A stretch of 64,000 bases of DNA from contig NC_042999.1 of NCBI RefSeq assembly GCF_006345805.1, positions 127,658,001-127,722,000 of the forward strand. Reading direction: 5' to 3'. Below, piece after piece: positions 25,681-39,539 of this stretch. The first letter of the stretch is position 1. The number at the start of each line of letters is the position of its first letter. Under the pieces are notes generated by a model that saw nothing but the letters and a program-made list of their open reading frames with translations, ran no database searches and had not been told where the DNA came from. The stretch comes from Octopus sinensis. Its lineage: Eukaryota. A program made the translations under genes and the position numbers.

Positions 25681-27999
25681 AATTGTACCATTGTGAATGT
25701 TGAGGTAATGCTGGGCTAGCTCTTGTTCAGGAGTGAAATATTTTCTGACTCTCAAAATGAATATTAACCTCTGAATTGAATGTTACTAATATGAGAAAAG
25801 AGAAAAACATTGCTGATCATAAGGCCAAGCATTTGTTGGGCAAGTAAATATTTCAGTTATATATATTATTAATGAGTAGTGAACGTGTTCTGTTGTGTAT
25901 ATACATTTACTTGATATGTGTAGTATTTGTTAACTTGATACTGGTGAATGATAACAAGAGTTGTGTTTCTCCTTGGAAGACATTTTTTAAATTTCTGTTT
26001 TGTGGACGTTATATTTTACATACTTGGTAGGTAGTGTTCAAGGTTAGTGTGAATGAAACCTACGCACTGAAGGTTTTGGTAGGTGGAGATTCCATCATCT
26101 GGTTTGGAATTGGAATGTTTGCATGTGTAGTTAGAGGTGAAAACAAGCAACTCATCAGTGTAAAGGAAGAAAAATGTTTGATCTATTTTACTATAGTCAC
26201 ATATGAAAATAATCTCTCTCTTTCACACACAATCTTCCTTGTAGCAGAGTAAATGCAGTAACAAGCGCTCAGTTTTTTGTTTAAGTCAGATTCCAGAAGC
26301 AGTTATGATGCGACTGAAACTAACTTGGTCATTGTGACTTTACATACAGTATGATGAATACAATTTTTATACACATTAAAAAAGAAAGTGGCGTTGTAGT
26401 TATTGAACCAAAGTAATTGAGATGTGTTTTAATAAATATTTCTTACACTTGTAGAAGACTGCAAACCTAATCATTTAGCATCAATCCAAAGACATGACTG
26501 CATAAGAATGAAAGTCAATGTTTTTAACAGCCTGGCGGTATTTGAACTCCCAGTATAAAGGGACATAACTAAATACTACAAGGCAGTCTAGTGTTGTACT
26601 GTCCTTGACACTCAGCCACCATTAGAGAACTGCTCTTAAATATAACTGCAAATATTTTGTGACTAATTAAATAATTGTTAAATATAATAAATATTGTAAT
26701 TTTAAAAAGCATTGAACAATTTATATTGTGTTTTAGGTGTGAAAGAATGCACTTTGCATTGCAGATGTTTCTTTTTGGTCTTCTTTTAATATATGGATAA
26801 AATATCCACTTATACCCTTATAGCAACCTCCATTTTACACACACACACACTTCCCCCCCCCTTGTCTTTCTTTCTCATGTTTTTCAATTTATTCTCAATT
26901 ATTTTTTCATGATTTTCTCCTGCTCTCCACTATTCCTCCTTCTATCTCACATCCCTCCTTCCTTGCCTCTGTTTGTTCAATTCACTCATATCTCTCCCTT
27001 CCTACATCTCCAATTCTATTAAATCTCTGCTATTTTCTTCCTTTTAAACCACAATAGATTTTAAACTGTTCAATATCTTTTCTCAATTTTCTTATTTTCA
27101 TTCACAATTTATCTTCATATTGTCTAACTTGGTTTTTCTATCTTTCATTTTTATCAATCTTATTCCAATATTTTTAATATTTTTTTCTTCTAGTTCAATC
27201 TTTCCTAGCTCTCTGCTTCTTTTTCTTTCTCCCTCTCCCCCCATTTCTTTTTTGTTTTTTTTTCCTCCTTAGCTCTGCCTTCAATTACAATTTTCCTCCA
27301 TATTTCATCCAATAAAAGTAAAGATGCTGATGATGATATTAATAAGAATTCAGATATTTTCTTTCTTCTTTCATTCATTATTTTTAACATATTCCCTCTA
27401 CCATTTTACCTCCTTTTTCCCATTGCTAAATTCTGAAGCAGATAGATCACTAGTATTACAAGAATGGCAGCCATTTTGTACTGGCTAGATAGATAATAAT
27501 CAGTTTGATTAATTGCTAGGCTTTTTTTGACCAGACTGACATGTCCAAAACTCTTTCCTCTATGTAATATTGAAGTAACTTCAAACAGCTGTCTTTGGGC
27601 TTGATAGGAGAAGAATTTAAGAAGAAAATAAATGAATAAAAAATATAAGCAAAAAGAAAACCTTACTAAATATTTAATTTTGTAATGATTTGGTCAGCAT
27701 TGTGTAATTTTGTTCGCTATAAGATTGCTTTGATGGTGTTTTTCGCAATAGTTAACAAAAAAAAAAAGAAACATTTTAATATTTATGTCATTGAAATTTT
27801 TATTTACTACTATTACTACCACTACTGCTGCTACTTCTACTATCATCATTATTAGGTACAAGAATTCAAATTCCACCAAGGTCAACTTTGCCTCTCATCT
27901 TTTCAGTAGTAGTTTAACACTGGGGCCAATGTAATCAACTAGCTCCTCCCTTAAAATTTCAGGCCTTGTGTCTGTAGTAGAAAGAATTATTATTGAGTA

Positions 28000-28530
28000 A
28001 AAGAGAAGCACATGCCATCAAAGTGACACTGGGATACAAATGTACAATGCTCAATAAATCCCTCATGACTACCTGTCTAGTAAGGGTACACCAGGCACAT
28101 GCATCACAATCATATGTACACAACATGGTGACCTTGCAACATATATGCAACATGGTGACACAGCACTTGACCTTGCAGGTGGGGCCCAGTTAGAATTTTC
28201 CTAGTTAGAGTTGTTTAATGATGATGAACAAAACATTCATGTTTCCAAACACGAATTATTCAAACACCAAAGAATTCCTCTCAACACATAGCTTTGATGC
28301 TCCCCCACTTATCTTGCTCGTGATCAGAGATACATATATCGTCAGCCACCAAGGGACATGCTCAACTGGTTATGGTCAAACAACTGACAAGCAGATCTGT
28401 GATATTGAGTAGAATATTTGTCGTAGCCTATCTTTTACACCAAGACAAATCATGTACATGTTAACATTTCTAATTAGTTAAGATCAGAAGTTATGAGAGC
28501 CACTGCTTCGTACTGCATCAGGATGTTTAT
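28000..28530. mobile_element. Probable interspersed repeat, unclassified
   Basis: Higher-GC block flanked by SINE A copies, with internal ACAACATGGTGAC/GCAACATGGTGAC duplication. No second copy in the window, so support is weak. Confidence 0.3.
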
Positions 28531-28543
28531 TATTTAGTCATTT

Positions 28544-28770
28544 AAGGCAAGAAGCTGGCAGAATTGTTTGAGCATTAGTAAAAAAATTCTTTGTAGTATT
28601 TCTTCTTAATTATTATGTTCTGAGTTCATATTCCACCAAGGTTAACTGCCTTTCATCCTTTTACAGGACCGATAAAATAAACACCAGTCAAGCATTGGGG
28701 TCAATATAATCGACTAAATCCCCTTCTCTATTAAAATTACTGGCATAGTGCCAAAATTTGAAACAATGAT
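28544..28770 (+). mobile_element. SINE family A, full length
   Basis: Head AAGGCAAGAAGCTGGCAGAATTG, B-box GAGTTCATATTCC, body and tail as consensus. Confidence 0.8.
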
Positions 28771-28915
28771 TATATTTATTTAATTTTTGTTTTTTATTTA
28801 CATATACTGGCATGCTTGCATGTATCAGATAGTTTATTTCTTAGAGCAGTTGCTTTTACTGTGAAGTAGGAGAAGAACTTCATTTATCAGATAGGCAAAC
28901 TTGGAACAGTTGAAT

Positions 28916-29073
28916 TACTGTATTTATAAGGAACCTCTTAATTTTGGGGGCTTAAAATTTGGAAAAAAGGTTTTGTAAGAGATTATAATACTATCCATGT
29001 ATAAGAAACTCCCATATATTTTTAGCCTAATTTTTGACAAAAATGGGTTCCTTATACATGTTAAAATATGGTA
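28916..29073. mobile_element. Small pogo/Tigger-type MITE
   Basis: Left TACTGTATT-TATAAGGAACC vs right GGTTCCTTATACATGTTAAAATATGGTA: TACCGTA-type ends, with a short deletion in the left TIR. Confidence 0.55.
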
Positions 29074-30601
29074 TGTGCCTTATCAGGATCACATTATCAC
29101 TGTTGTAAAGCTAGAACTAATGTCCATCTAGTCAGTTGTCCAGGAAGTTAATATTAGAATTATCTTTCTTTCTTTTTTTTTTTTTTTTTTTGAGAACAGA
29201 GAAATAGTGGAGAGAATTTATGAGCTGGATGTATTATTGGAGAGTCTAATGAGCTGAATGTATTATTGGAGAGTCTAGTTTAGTGTCTGAGATATGTTAA
29301 TTTGTGGTGTCTACTTTTTATCCTTCTGTTATCTTTCCAATAAAGGTTAGTTAGGACATAAATTCTTTTACTAAAGAACACCACTAACCATTTTAATGTA
29401 ATAAAAATTGATTGCTTGAATTAGTTCTGGATCACAAATTGAAAATGGGATGAAGGTGGGATTTAAATGATTTAATTAATCTCATTGCATGATTAGTGTG
29501 TGACCAACCACATCAGGGTCGTGTCAGTAAGGGATTCTCTGTTTAATAGAAATAGCAACCAAAAATCTCCTTCAAATTACATCTTACCATCTTTACTAAA
29601 AAAAAGGGCACTTTAGATAATATAGATGTGTGTACCTTTAAAAATGATTATGGATGGAATACCTTTGATCAAAGATCCATTTCATCAGGACTGACCTTAA
29701 AATAAACAACAACCCTGGAATGGTTGAAGAAGAAAAAAAGTTCATTACAGGAAAATTTTATTGCTTCTGCAACCATCACAGAGGGTTTTAATGTGTTAAT
29801 CTTAAATGGTGTGTTGTTGATCCTTAGGTCAATCCTGATGGAGCAGACATATGATCATAAGCATCCAACCATGACTCTTCTGTCTGTTTTCTTTTTTAAA
29901 AAATGATGTGATTTAAAGGAGATTTGTCTATTATGTGTAGGCAGGTTGAGTGATAATACTGAGTTTCTGTCATTGACTTGTGCTCTCTTTCTGGAATGGT
30001 TTATAGAAGTCAAAATAAATGAAGTTATTTCTGCAGGATTTGTGTGTTTTGAAAATCATAAGAATGTTACCAAGTCGAACAGAGATGAATATTCAGTCAA
30101 TTCAATAACTTGCTCGATTTCTCTTTAACCATTCAGTTACCAACCAGCATGGGACTGCCTACAAGCTTCCTGTTTTAAAGTGACTTATATTAAACATTCT
30201 ACCAAATGTGTCATGTTAATTTTTGTTCCAAACGCCAGTTTAATAATAATGAAGTTATTTTACTAAATCCTTCATTATTTTCAAAATTTATTGAAGTAAA
30301 GGCAACATATTCTGGCAAATGTGGTTTTAAAAAAATGTGGAAATGAAGAGATAATTATATATTGACCAGTAGCTGTTGACATGGTATTGGTATGACACAA
30401 GATTGGTTTGATTAAAATCAATGAACCAGTTATAAACTATGCAATAAATGCAATTTGTTAACTCCATCATTTGATAGTCTTTTAGTGTGTGTGTGTATAT
30501 ATATTTACAGAAAATAAAGTAAATTTCAAATGCAGTATAGCTGTAAAAACAGCAGAAAGATTGGGTATTTTACCCTTATAAGACAGAAAAGATTATCAGC
30601 A

Positions 30602-30671
30602 GATAGCTACAGGACTTGAACCTGTATCCCTCAGGTACTGGTTGAGTACTCTACCATTAAGCTAAATGGCC
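30602..30671 (-). pseudogene. tRNA-like sequence (Thr-AGT-like loop), probably a SINE head or tRNA pseudogene
   Basis: Minus strand reads GGCCATTTAGCTTAATGGTAGAGTACTCAACCAGTACCTGAGGGATACAGGTTCAAGTCCTGTAGCTATC. A-box, B-box and a perfect T-arm (ACAGG/CCTGT) are present, but the acceptor stem does not pair. Confidence 0.65.
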
Positions 30672-31977
30672 GATTGACATCAATCACCATCAAATTAAAC
30701 GCGAAGTAATAATAGTTTGTGGAATATATATATATGAATACTGCAGTATATATGCCGTTTAGTGATAGATACATGTGTAGTAAATGTGTACATACTTTGT
30801 GTGTATAACAAATGCCATGTATGAATTTTTACATTTGTGTATATGTACTTGTCCCAAATGTTATGCTGTATGACCAGACCTAGAGCCATCATCATGCAAC
30901 TCATATAGAGAGAAATTATTTAGTGTATGTTTCATGGGAAGAAAGGAGTAAATGATAGAAGAATGATTGAGAATCGTGGTTGTAGCGGATTCCTCATTGG
31001 CTAGAAACATATTTGTTGTTTGGTTTCAGGTCTCTTCTGTATATTAGGGATTATGGAACTGGGTTGTCTTATTCTGTATTACTCTTTCCTTAACAGTCTA
31101 CCAATTTCTCTTTCTCTCTCCCTCCTTTTGTATTCTATTTTGCTTATTTCTTTTATATTCTGTCAGTCTTCTTTGTGTGTGTAAATATATGTACATATAA
31201 GTTTGTGTATGTATATAAATATAGCTGTGTTTATGTATATAGTTGTGTATGTGTGTAAAAAAGAACAAAAGACAATGTACTATCTAGGTAGGTACATTTG
31301 AAAAGCAGTTGAATATGGACATTATTGAGAGATACTGAGAGAGAGATATATAGTATGAGTATCATGTCAGAAAGAGTGATAGAGAGAAGACCAAAAAAAA
31401 AAAACAATGATCAATCAGTGCAGACAAGCATGTGTGTGCACACAACATACACACACTTGCAAACAAACACACAAATACATGCTTCTAAGGTGTAAAAATA
31501 ACTCAGACAGACAGGAAAATTATTTTAATAATAATATAGATATGTAAAAACAGTTCTATTTTACTATGTGAACCAGTGTATGTTCTTGTACATTTGCTTA
31601 TGTACATTCTCACCAAACTACTTTGGCAAGTATACATTGTTGATGAGGTTGTAATAAGGTAGAACATGTCCAAATTTTCTGTTGTGCTTGCTGAAATAAT
31701 TGAAATTATAACTAAATTTGAATTAATTACTGATTTCTAACATAGCTAAAATAGTCTGCTATTGTTTTTCTCCTCATTGAATAATTATTTTGAATTTGCA
31801 TTAAATATATCTATGGTGGTTTAACTGAATCATTCCTTCTGTACAAATATAGACTCATGGCTGATAGTTTTGTTTAGGACATTGTTTCATATATGAAGAT
31901 ATTAAAATTTTAAAAATCAATTGATACATTTCTTCTTTGATTTGCTACATTTTTTTCCCATTTTTGTCTGTCTTTAG

Positions 31978-32119
31978 GGATTCTTCCGGCGCTGTATAAC
32001 ACAAGGGATGTCCCACAAATGTGCTAATGAAGAGAAATGTGAGATCACTCCATTCACAAGAAATAGCTGTCAGTATTGTCGCCTTAAGAAATGTTTTGCA
32101 GTTGGAATGTCAAGAGAAG
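31978..32119 (+). CDS. Nuclear receptor exon encoding zinc finger 2 and start of the C-terminal extension
   Basis: Acceptor TTTGTCTGTCTTTAG|GGA and donor GAAG|GTATGT. Encodes GFFRRCITQGMSHKCANEEKCEITPFTRNSCQYCRLKKCFAVGMSRE plus 1 nt, and joins the 16525-16651 exon in phase 0 (CEGCK|GFFRR). Confidence 0.95.
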
Positions 32120-35100
32120 GTATGTTTACCATAAACCATTGCCTAAAATTTTCTTTCTTTCAGTGCATATCTGCGTGTGGCAGTAGAGAGTGCAAGAGCG
32201 AGAGAGAGTTATTATAAATGCAATCCATCAAGAAGTGAAGTGACGTTGCTGTGAAGACTTAAACTGACAAAATTGTTTTAACAGGAGTTTTGAGGAGGAT
32301 AAAGATATGCTAGAATAAAGCCAGTTTTTCGAATGGATCACGTTATTAATAAATCTTTTTGTAGCTCGAGGCAATCTGAATGTTTAAAATAATATGTGAC
32401 ACACACCTTGATTTCATATAAACATCTGATTGTCATGAGGTTGTAAATTTACATATATTGTCATTATCTTTTAGTAGATTATTTCTATTCTAACATCACT
32501 TGTTAAGTACTTATACAGTCTGAAACATTCTGCTTTCCGGATTGCAAAGTTCTGCACATATCTCTAGTCTATTGATTTCAGTCTAACCTCATCATTCAAT
32601 TGAAGTTGTTTGCTATAACCATTATTGTCTTGGATATAATACATACTGTCCTGACATTTAAGACATAGGATATCATTGCCATTTTAAGATAGCAAGTTTG
32701 TTCAAGGAAATTTGGCTGTAGAAGCTTGTATTTTAGCTTAGTTTCATACACTTTAGTGTTTACATAGTGATGTGTTTTATCAATTATTTTCTATTTGATT
32801 GTCTCTACAGATTCATATTGTTTGCCATGAAGTTCTGTTGTTTCTATGAATTAACTGGGTTATCTTAAAATTGTCTGCCTACAAAACCTAAAGATAGCTA
32901 CCTTACACTTAAATATAGATTGATAAAAGGAAAATTTTGATATTTCCAGTAAATTACTTTGTGAATAGTTGTTAATATAACTTACTTGAAAACCATCTTG
33001 GTAATATTTTAGCTTCTATTATGAAAACTTAGAGATTCCCCAAAATTTAATTAGTTTAAACTGAATTGTGTATTTTATAAGTTTTAGTGAGTTGTTTCAT
33101 TGTTTTTCAATCATTTAAAGCATCAAAGGACTGGAAATTATTGCATTATAGTCTCTGAAATATAGATAAGATGTTTTAGGATATTTAATCGTTGTTATAA
33201 AATGCTCAGACCATTTCAGATTTCATGCTTGGAACAATTTTGTAGTTTTGATGTTAGTGAAAACAAATACCAATTAAAGTCTTTAATATGGGTAAATATA
33301 GGCTGAAATGTTAGGCCTGCCATCTTGCAAGTGTTCCTGATTGGGAAGCATTCTTGTTGTTTATTTGTTAATGATGTTTATATCATTTTTGATTTTCTTA
33401 CCTAGAACTTTACAGTTTATGAATGTAGTTTATAACTGGGGTTTCACAACAACATGTTAGAAAATGTTTTAATTCTTTTAACCTGTTGATTTGCCAAACA
33501 CTCATCTCAGGTGTTTAAAATCTGATTGATAAACATCTATAAACTTAGCATAAGCTTAGAGATTTAATGGCAACATTATAATCTTTGCCATTTCAATAGA
33601 TTCGCTATAATCCTAATAGTAATTTTAAATAGTTTCAAATCCAAAAGCTTTCTCATATTTTTATGGTTCCATTCACGTTTATGGTAATGTTAAATAAGTT
33701 ATGTAGTTATCATTTATTACTTTAAGTGAACATTAACCTTCATATCTTTTCAGACATCATATTTAGGTTACTTTGCATCTGTAAAATCAGTCCCCTAAAA
33801 TATATCTGGTATAATGCAATATTAAAAATATTACTTGTAACATGTGGATCAATGCCTAATTTCAGTTGTTTAGCCCAAAATCAAACCTGATCAAGCATTT
33901 ATTTCTTCATTTATTTATTATTCTGTTTGAAAAATTAGGTTTCTATTCCAAGTGAGTCAGGTAAAGAAATACTCATTGGTTTACATCTATGTATGTCTTT
34001 AATTTAATTCTGTCATTAAATTTTCTTTCCCCATGGCAATTTGCAAATTGTAACCACTTTATTTGCATATTGTACTTAACTATTGTGTTTGGTTGTACAT
34101 CAACCAACTGGAATGTTTTAAATGCAAGCCATTCTGATACTTAACTGTTCAATAGCTTCTTAATGAAAGCCAAAACCTTTTATATGAAATAACAGTAGAA
34201 TTCATGAATAAATGTTTATAGATTAGTAAATGTATGTGTTTGTATGCATCAAAATGTAAAAGGTATTGACTTCATTCTTCATAAATTAATAGCTACTTCT
34301 GTTGAGTTGTTCCTTTCTTGTTCATATTAGTACTAGATTCTGTTTTCTGACTTTAAAAGCCTCTGTAAATTCGTTTACTTCATTGTTCATTGCTACACAG
34401 TTGAACCTGAGACAGGTTTTAAGAGGAACATCTCGGACCTGTTTTGTAAGGAGTCAAAGATTGTTTCTTGACACTTGATAAATATTGATACATGAAATAA
34501 ACTGCCGTCCCACCATCCAAACATGAGTGGTGTGGTTTGAAAACTCTACCATGAACTCTTATGTTTTTACAACGCAGATGCATAGTTCTTCAGTATGTAC
34601 CAACTGTTAAGTAAACCTTACAGGTATGTACATAGAGGAGTGGAGCAGGACACTCATTAGAAACATTTCAAACTTGCCTTTATCACATTAATTACTTTGA
34701 TTCTCCTCCTCCAACCGTTTCTGTTTTTCCCCTTTTTTTTTGTTTCTTTATAAAATTCAAAGGATAGAAATAATTGAATATATTAATGGTGCTTTCACCT
34801 TTGGTAAGATTTGCATTCAGAACCAGGAGTGGTTTGGGTACACCACATTATATATCTTGTTCAACTATCACTTAAAAGATTACTAGTTTGTATTACATCA
34901 TATATAAATATACATATACATCTGCAATAGAACAGGTGTAATTTATATTAACATAATGATGAATGCAATATATATATTTCTAATTAATGGACATGTACAA
35001 ACTTTGAGATAATTTGTTCCAAGTTGTGGTGTAATGCTTATAGTGATGTGAACAGAATACTGTGGATTTCCAAAATTAGGCAGAATAATCCATAAATTGT

Positions 35101-35403
35101 GGAGCCCTTTCACAAAGTTATAATGTTATATTTGACTTAAGTTTACTTTTAAAGAAGTAAAGTTTGGTGATGAGTAAAAGAACAGTAAGTTTGAAAGTAG
35201 CCATTCTGATAGCTCAGTGTGATACAGGAAGAAAGGTACATCAAAAATATCTCAAGTACTTTGCTTTGATTGAGTTTAGGTTGGAATATGCAAGTTGAAA
35301 GCAGTAGAAATATAAAAAGAGTTTCTGGAGATAAGAGATTGTTTTAAAAAAAAAAACAATCTTCCTACCAGACTGGCTAACTTTATCATGTCTAATTAAC
35401 TTA

Positions 35404-35623
35404 AAACCCTTTAGCATTCAAATTATTGTTAAATGTAATGCTTATTTATTCACATTGCTTTGAATTAATCATGAATTATCCCATGGTTTTGAAATCCCAG
35501 TGGCATGATTGTTTATTTTTAGAATGACAGTGACGGGCAGGTGTGAGAGGTTGGACCTGACCAGTTTGAACAAAAAACAGAATATTTGGGTTGGATATAG
35601 CCAGTTTGAATGCTAAAGGGTTT
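35404..35623 (+). mobile_element. piggyBac-like MITE, intact
   Basis: Perfect 19-bp inverted ends AAACCCTTTAGCATTCAAA (35404-22) / TTTGAATGCTAAAGGGTTT (35605-23) in a TTAA context. Confidence 0.85.
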
Positions 35624-38600
35624 AAGAAACTGCCTAGAGACCTTTTAGGTATGCTAATTAATACTTTAGCATATTCACTTGGTCATAAAATTTTTTTTTT
35701 AATTTATCTTACAAAATTAAATTTGTATATATTTTTTTTAAATGTTTAACAATCAGCATTCTTTTGCTTTCACTTTTCACTTATTGATGACTAATATACT
35801 GAGGTGGATTAAATAGAAAGGCGACAATTGATTTTATTTGAACATTATTTATCAAATATAAGGGGGAAAATGGATTTATTTTTTTAAGATTTTCACAAAA
35901 TATTTATGGAACATCTGTGCTTCTTGTTTTGCTATCAAGATACTTTCAAATAACCTGTAAATGCTCTGTCAAAAGGTTGCAGTGAATCTCAAGAGAGTAA
36001 GACCAGTGTGCATCAATTGCTTATTTTTGTTATGGCTCCTGTGAAATCCTCGAGTTTATATTTCATAATAACAATAGTAATAATGATGATGATGATAAAT
36101 TCAAGTAACAAAATAAGACACAACAGGTTTTGAATGCACCTGACATGATTAACGTTGCATACTGGGTAGAATGAAGTATGAACATTTTTTAAACTTTATT
36201 CATTGACTACTTCTTAACTACACTATCTTAATTTCCCTGTCATTTTGACAAGTTATTGCTAAGTTTATACTAATTATAGTTTTTAAAATAAATTATGGAA
36301 CTTGCCCCTGTCTCTATCAGCGATTTGTGTAGGCATATAATTTTGTATGTTTCAATAATTACAAATGTGGGCTGAGCGACCCACTTTGCCCAAGGGAAAT
36401 AATTGTGTATAACATTAACTGATGGAAGGGGAATAACTACGAACTTCTTAAACTAGGCTTTTCGTTAATGGGATTATTTTCTTTTTATTATTTGTCGATT
36501 TATTTATTCCCCGTGTAATTGCATCATTAAATATTCAGTAGTCTTGTTTCAATGTTATCGCTGTAATTTCAGCTATAAAACAAATTTTTGCTTAGAGGAG
36601 TGTGGCCATTTCTTCAGCTTAGAACAGAAATAAGTGAATTACTTTGTATTTGTTTTGATAATCATTTTTCTAAAATAGAATTGGCATTTCATACAATGAA
36701 CATTGCAATGCCTGTGAAGATAGGATTATTAACTGAAACTTTATAACAGGCATGGTACTGTGCCAGTTCCAAATCACGGCACATTACTCCACTTGCTTCA
36801 CTTAATGACGCTATCACTTTTCACATTTGGAATAGTTTGTGGTGGAAAGATGATCCACTGCTTGTTCCAATAACAACAATTATTTTCTGACAGTAATAAG
36901 TTGGTAGAAATATTAGAATGCCTGGCTATAATTCCTTAAAATAAAGCCTGACAAGATTGTTGTCATTTCCCTCTCTCTCACTCTCCCTCTTAATTCCTGT
37001 ACGGCTCAGATTATTTACCAGTAATATATTGAGGTCATTTAGCTGTTCTTGTTCCCTGTAAAATTTTGCCTTTTGTAATATCAAAAATAAAAAATAAAGA
37101 AAGAAAGAAGAGCATATCTCTTTATATACCGTTATTAAAACACTTCCTATCTGTGATTAGCTTATGCTACGGTATAAATGCCGGCAATCGTAAAGTAAAG
37201 CTCCACTGTTAGCCTTAATTAAATTCACCAATTAATATAATTGTATTTACTTGTAAATTGTTTATTCCATAATATCAACTGCGTCATATGACTAATATAA
37301 GTTGGGTTCATTTAATTTTCTGTAACTTATCTGAGATTAATTTAATTTACTTTTGATCCCTATGAAAAAATAAAGTGCAGCTTTGTGCCAGTATAAGACT
37401 TGTTTATAATTAACAATAGCTGAAGGTTCTGAGATGATGCTGTATAGATAATAGTGTAGGTAGTCAAAGAAAGCTTAGAATGTAACAGTGGCTCTTCTCA
37501 CGTTTATAATTTGAATCACGCGTGGCTTTTAATAACCTGAATTATCATATTATATGTATGTATTATTATATGATAATAATTACAAGAACTATGGAATATT
37601 TTGAGGACTCCCCCTACTATCCAGATGTAATGTTCATGGAATATTTTGGAAACACTCCACTTCATTGGTGGATATTTAAAGAATGAAGAAGGATGCATAT
37701 TTAGCATCAACTAGTTTATTGTAGATATTTTGATGGATGCTATGCTATTACCATTGATTTTTGTCAACTTTATCAATCTGTCTTCAAAATAGTTAAGCAG
37801 CATGTTGTGTATCTTGGCTAAATTCCTTTTTGTAGCTACCATATTGCTTCATTGTTTTGTTGGGGGTAGGTCCTCCTCCCAATTATCACTTAAATCACGT
37901 AACTTGTAGTGTTTTTGTGTCTGGGGATGATGCTGATTGCATTAATTACCCCAAATTTAGTTATTCGTGCTCAGGGAAATATTTTGGCTGGCACCTTGAT
38001 AGTACGTGTGTATGACATAACATTCCTTATAGTTATAACAGGAATAATAGCGCGCGTGTCTGTGTGTATATGTGTCTGTTTACATGCTAAACGCGAAGTA
38101 TCGAATACAAACCTTAGTTAGAAATGTAGTCTGTTATAATTGTGTTGATAAACAAAATTATTTACTCATACCAAAAGTTTTTGAGCAGTTAGATGTTAAT
38201 TTAACCATACTTGTTGGGTAAGTCTGACTCACCCATGATTATGGTTCATTTCCTTCAAAGTTGAAAGACCTTGTACCTACGTTAGAAATCAATACTATTT
38301 GTTTTATGTTAAATTATATTCTAGAACGTACTTCTCATTTTAATAATATAGATTCTAGTCTATTAACATTGATGCACAAAATAATACCTTGATAACTCGT
38401 GCACTTCTTCAATATCACGACTAAATAATAAAACAACAGTAACAAACACGTTCTGTGTTTTTGCACATTCCATTTTCTATCTTTGATGTTCTACCGACAT
38501 CTTTTGTTCTTATTTTAAGAAACTTTTTCCCCTTTTGTTTTGCTTCTCTTATTTTATACAAAACAAAACAAAAAAAAACGTTTGTTTTTCCTCCCACCTT

Positions 38601-38819
38601 TTTTATCAGTGGCATGTGCATGAGAAAAGAAATATACAATCTTAACCTTGTTCTAAAAAAAAATATTTATAACTTAGTATTTATAGCTAACCTCTGCCTG
38701 TGGTAGCACTGGCCTAGGTTAGTTTTCTATCTGAATGTTATTCTCAACAGGTACAGGAAATTCTTGTAGTACTAACAGCCAGTAGTAACATTAACATTGC
38801 TCAGAATTTATACTAGTTC

Positions 38820-38930
38820 TTAACCAATGACAACTTCAGTACCTGATTTTCAACCAATCACAGCCTCAAAAGTCAGTGGTTAAGACTGATCTGCCTATCT
38901 CTTAATATTCACCAGTTTGACAGTCAGTGA
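38820..38930 (+). promoter_or_regulatory. Candidate promoter: two CCAAT boxes 30 bp apart and an Inr-like TCAGT
   Basis: AACCAATGA (CCAAT 38824-28), AACCAATCACAGC (CCAAT 38854-58) and TCAGT (38924-28), inside a CpG-retaining, repeat-poor block. Confidence 0.4.
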
Positions 38931-39539
38931 AACATAAAGCTTACTAGCTCAGACCACCTTCCTTTTTCTTTTTCTACTTGCAAACCTTCAGTACTTCCCC
39001 CTAACTCAATGTTTTATTATTTCGAGAGAGAGATGATGATGATGATGGCGGTGGCGGCTGTGTGTGTGTGTGGCTATACACAAACCCGCGTACTAACACC
39101 TATTTTTATCCGAGTTTGTTTGGAGCTTTTGTTTGTTTGTTGGGGGAGTGTGTGTGTGTGTGGGGGGGATGATTTTACAATAATTTTAGTCTTTATTTTA
39201 TTCATTGTGTATATTTTGAAATCTTCCTTCTTTATTTGTTACAAAGCAAAGACTGTTGCAACATGTAAACAGATGTGGAAATATTGATGCTTAGATATTG
39301 TTCATTTCATAAAGTGTGAGTGTGTATGTGTGTCTGTCATTCTTTCCGCGCACGATAATGTGAAGGACCTTAACTCGCATGCCTGTCGATTTGTTTACAA
39401 GGAAATACAAGTGTTGAAAAAAAGTTGATTCGTAACAGACAGAAATATTAAATAAAGAACATTTAATTTCTAAATAATTATTTGGCCCTCTACGTGTTTG
39501 TTAATTTCAAAACAATTTTTATCCCTTGTGAATTTAATG

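Noticed and set aside
30602-30671. Functional tRNA-Thr gene
   Set aside because: The acceptor stem cannot pair and the anticodon stem has a mismatch. Kept only as a tRNA-like relic.
32008-32217. Single-exon ORF reading through the finger-2 donor, or a 44-nt intron ending at TTTCAG 32163
   Set aside because: The sequence after 32119 has no receptor similarity. GTATGT is a strong donor at the conserved position, and the 44-nt intron is very short and gives a stop after 6 codons.
34578-34623. 46-nt segment with good acceptor (GCAG) and donor (CAG|GTATGT), a possible poison exon
   Set aside because: It has stops in all three frames and no independent support; such site pairs are common by chance.
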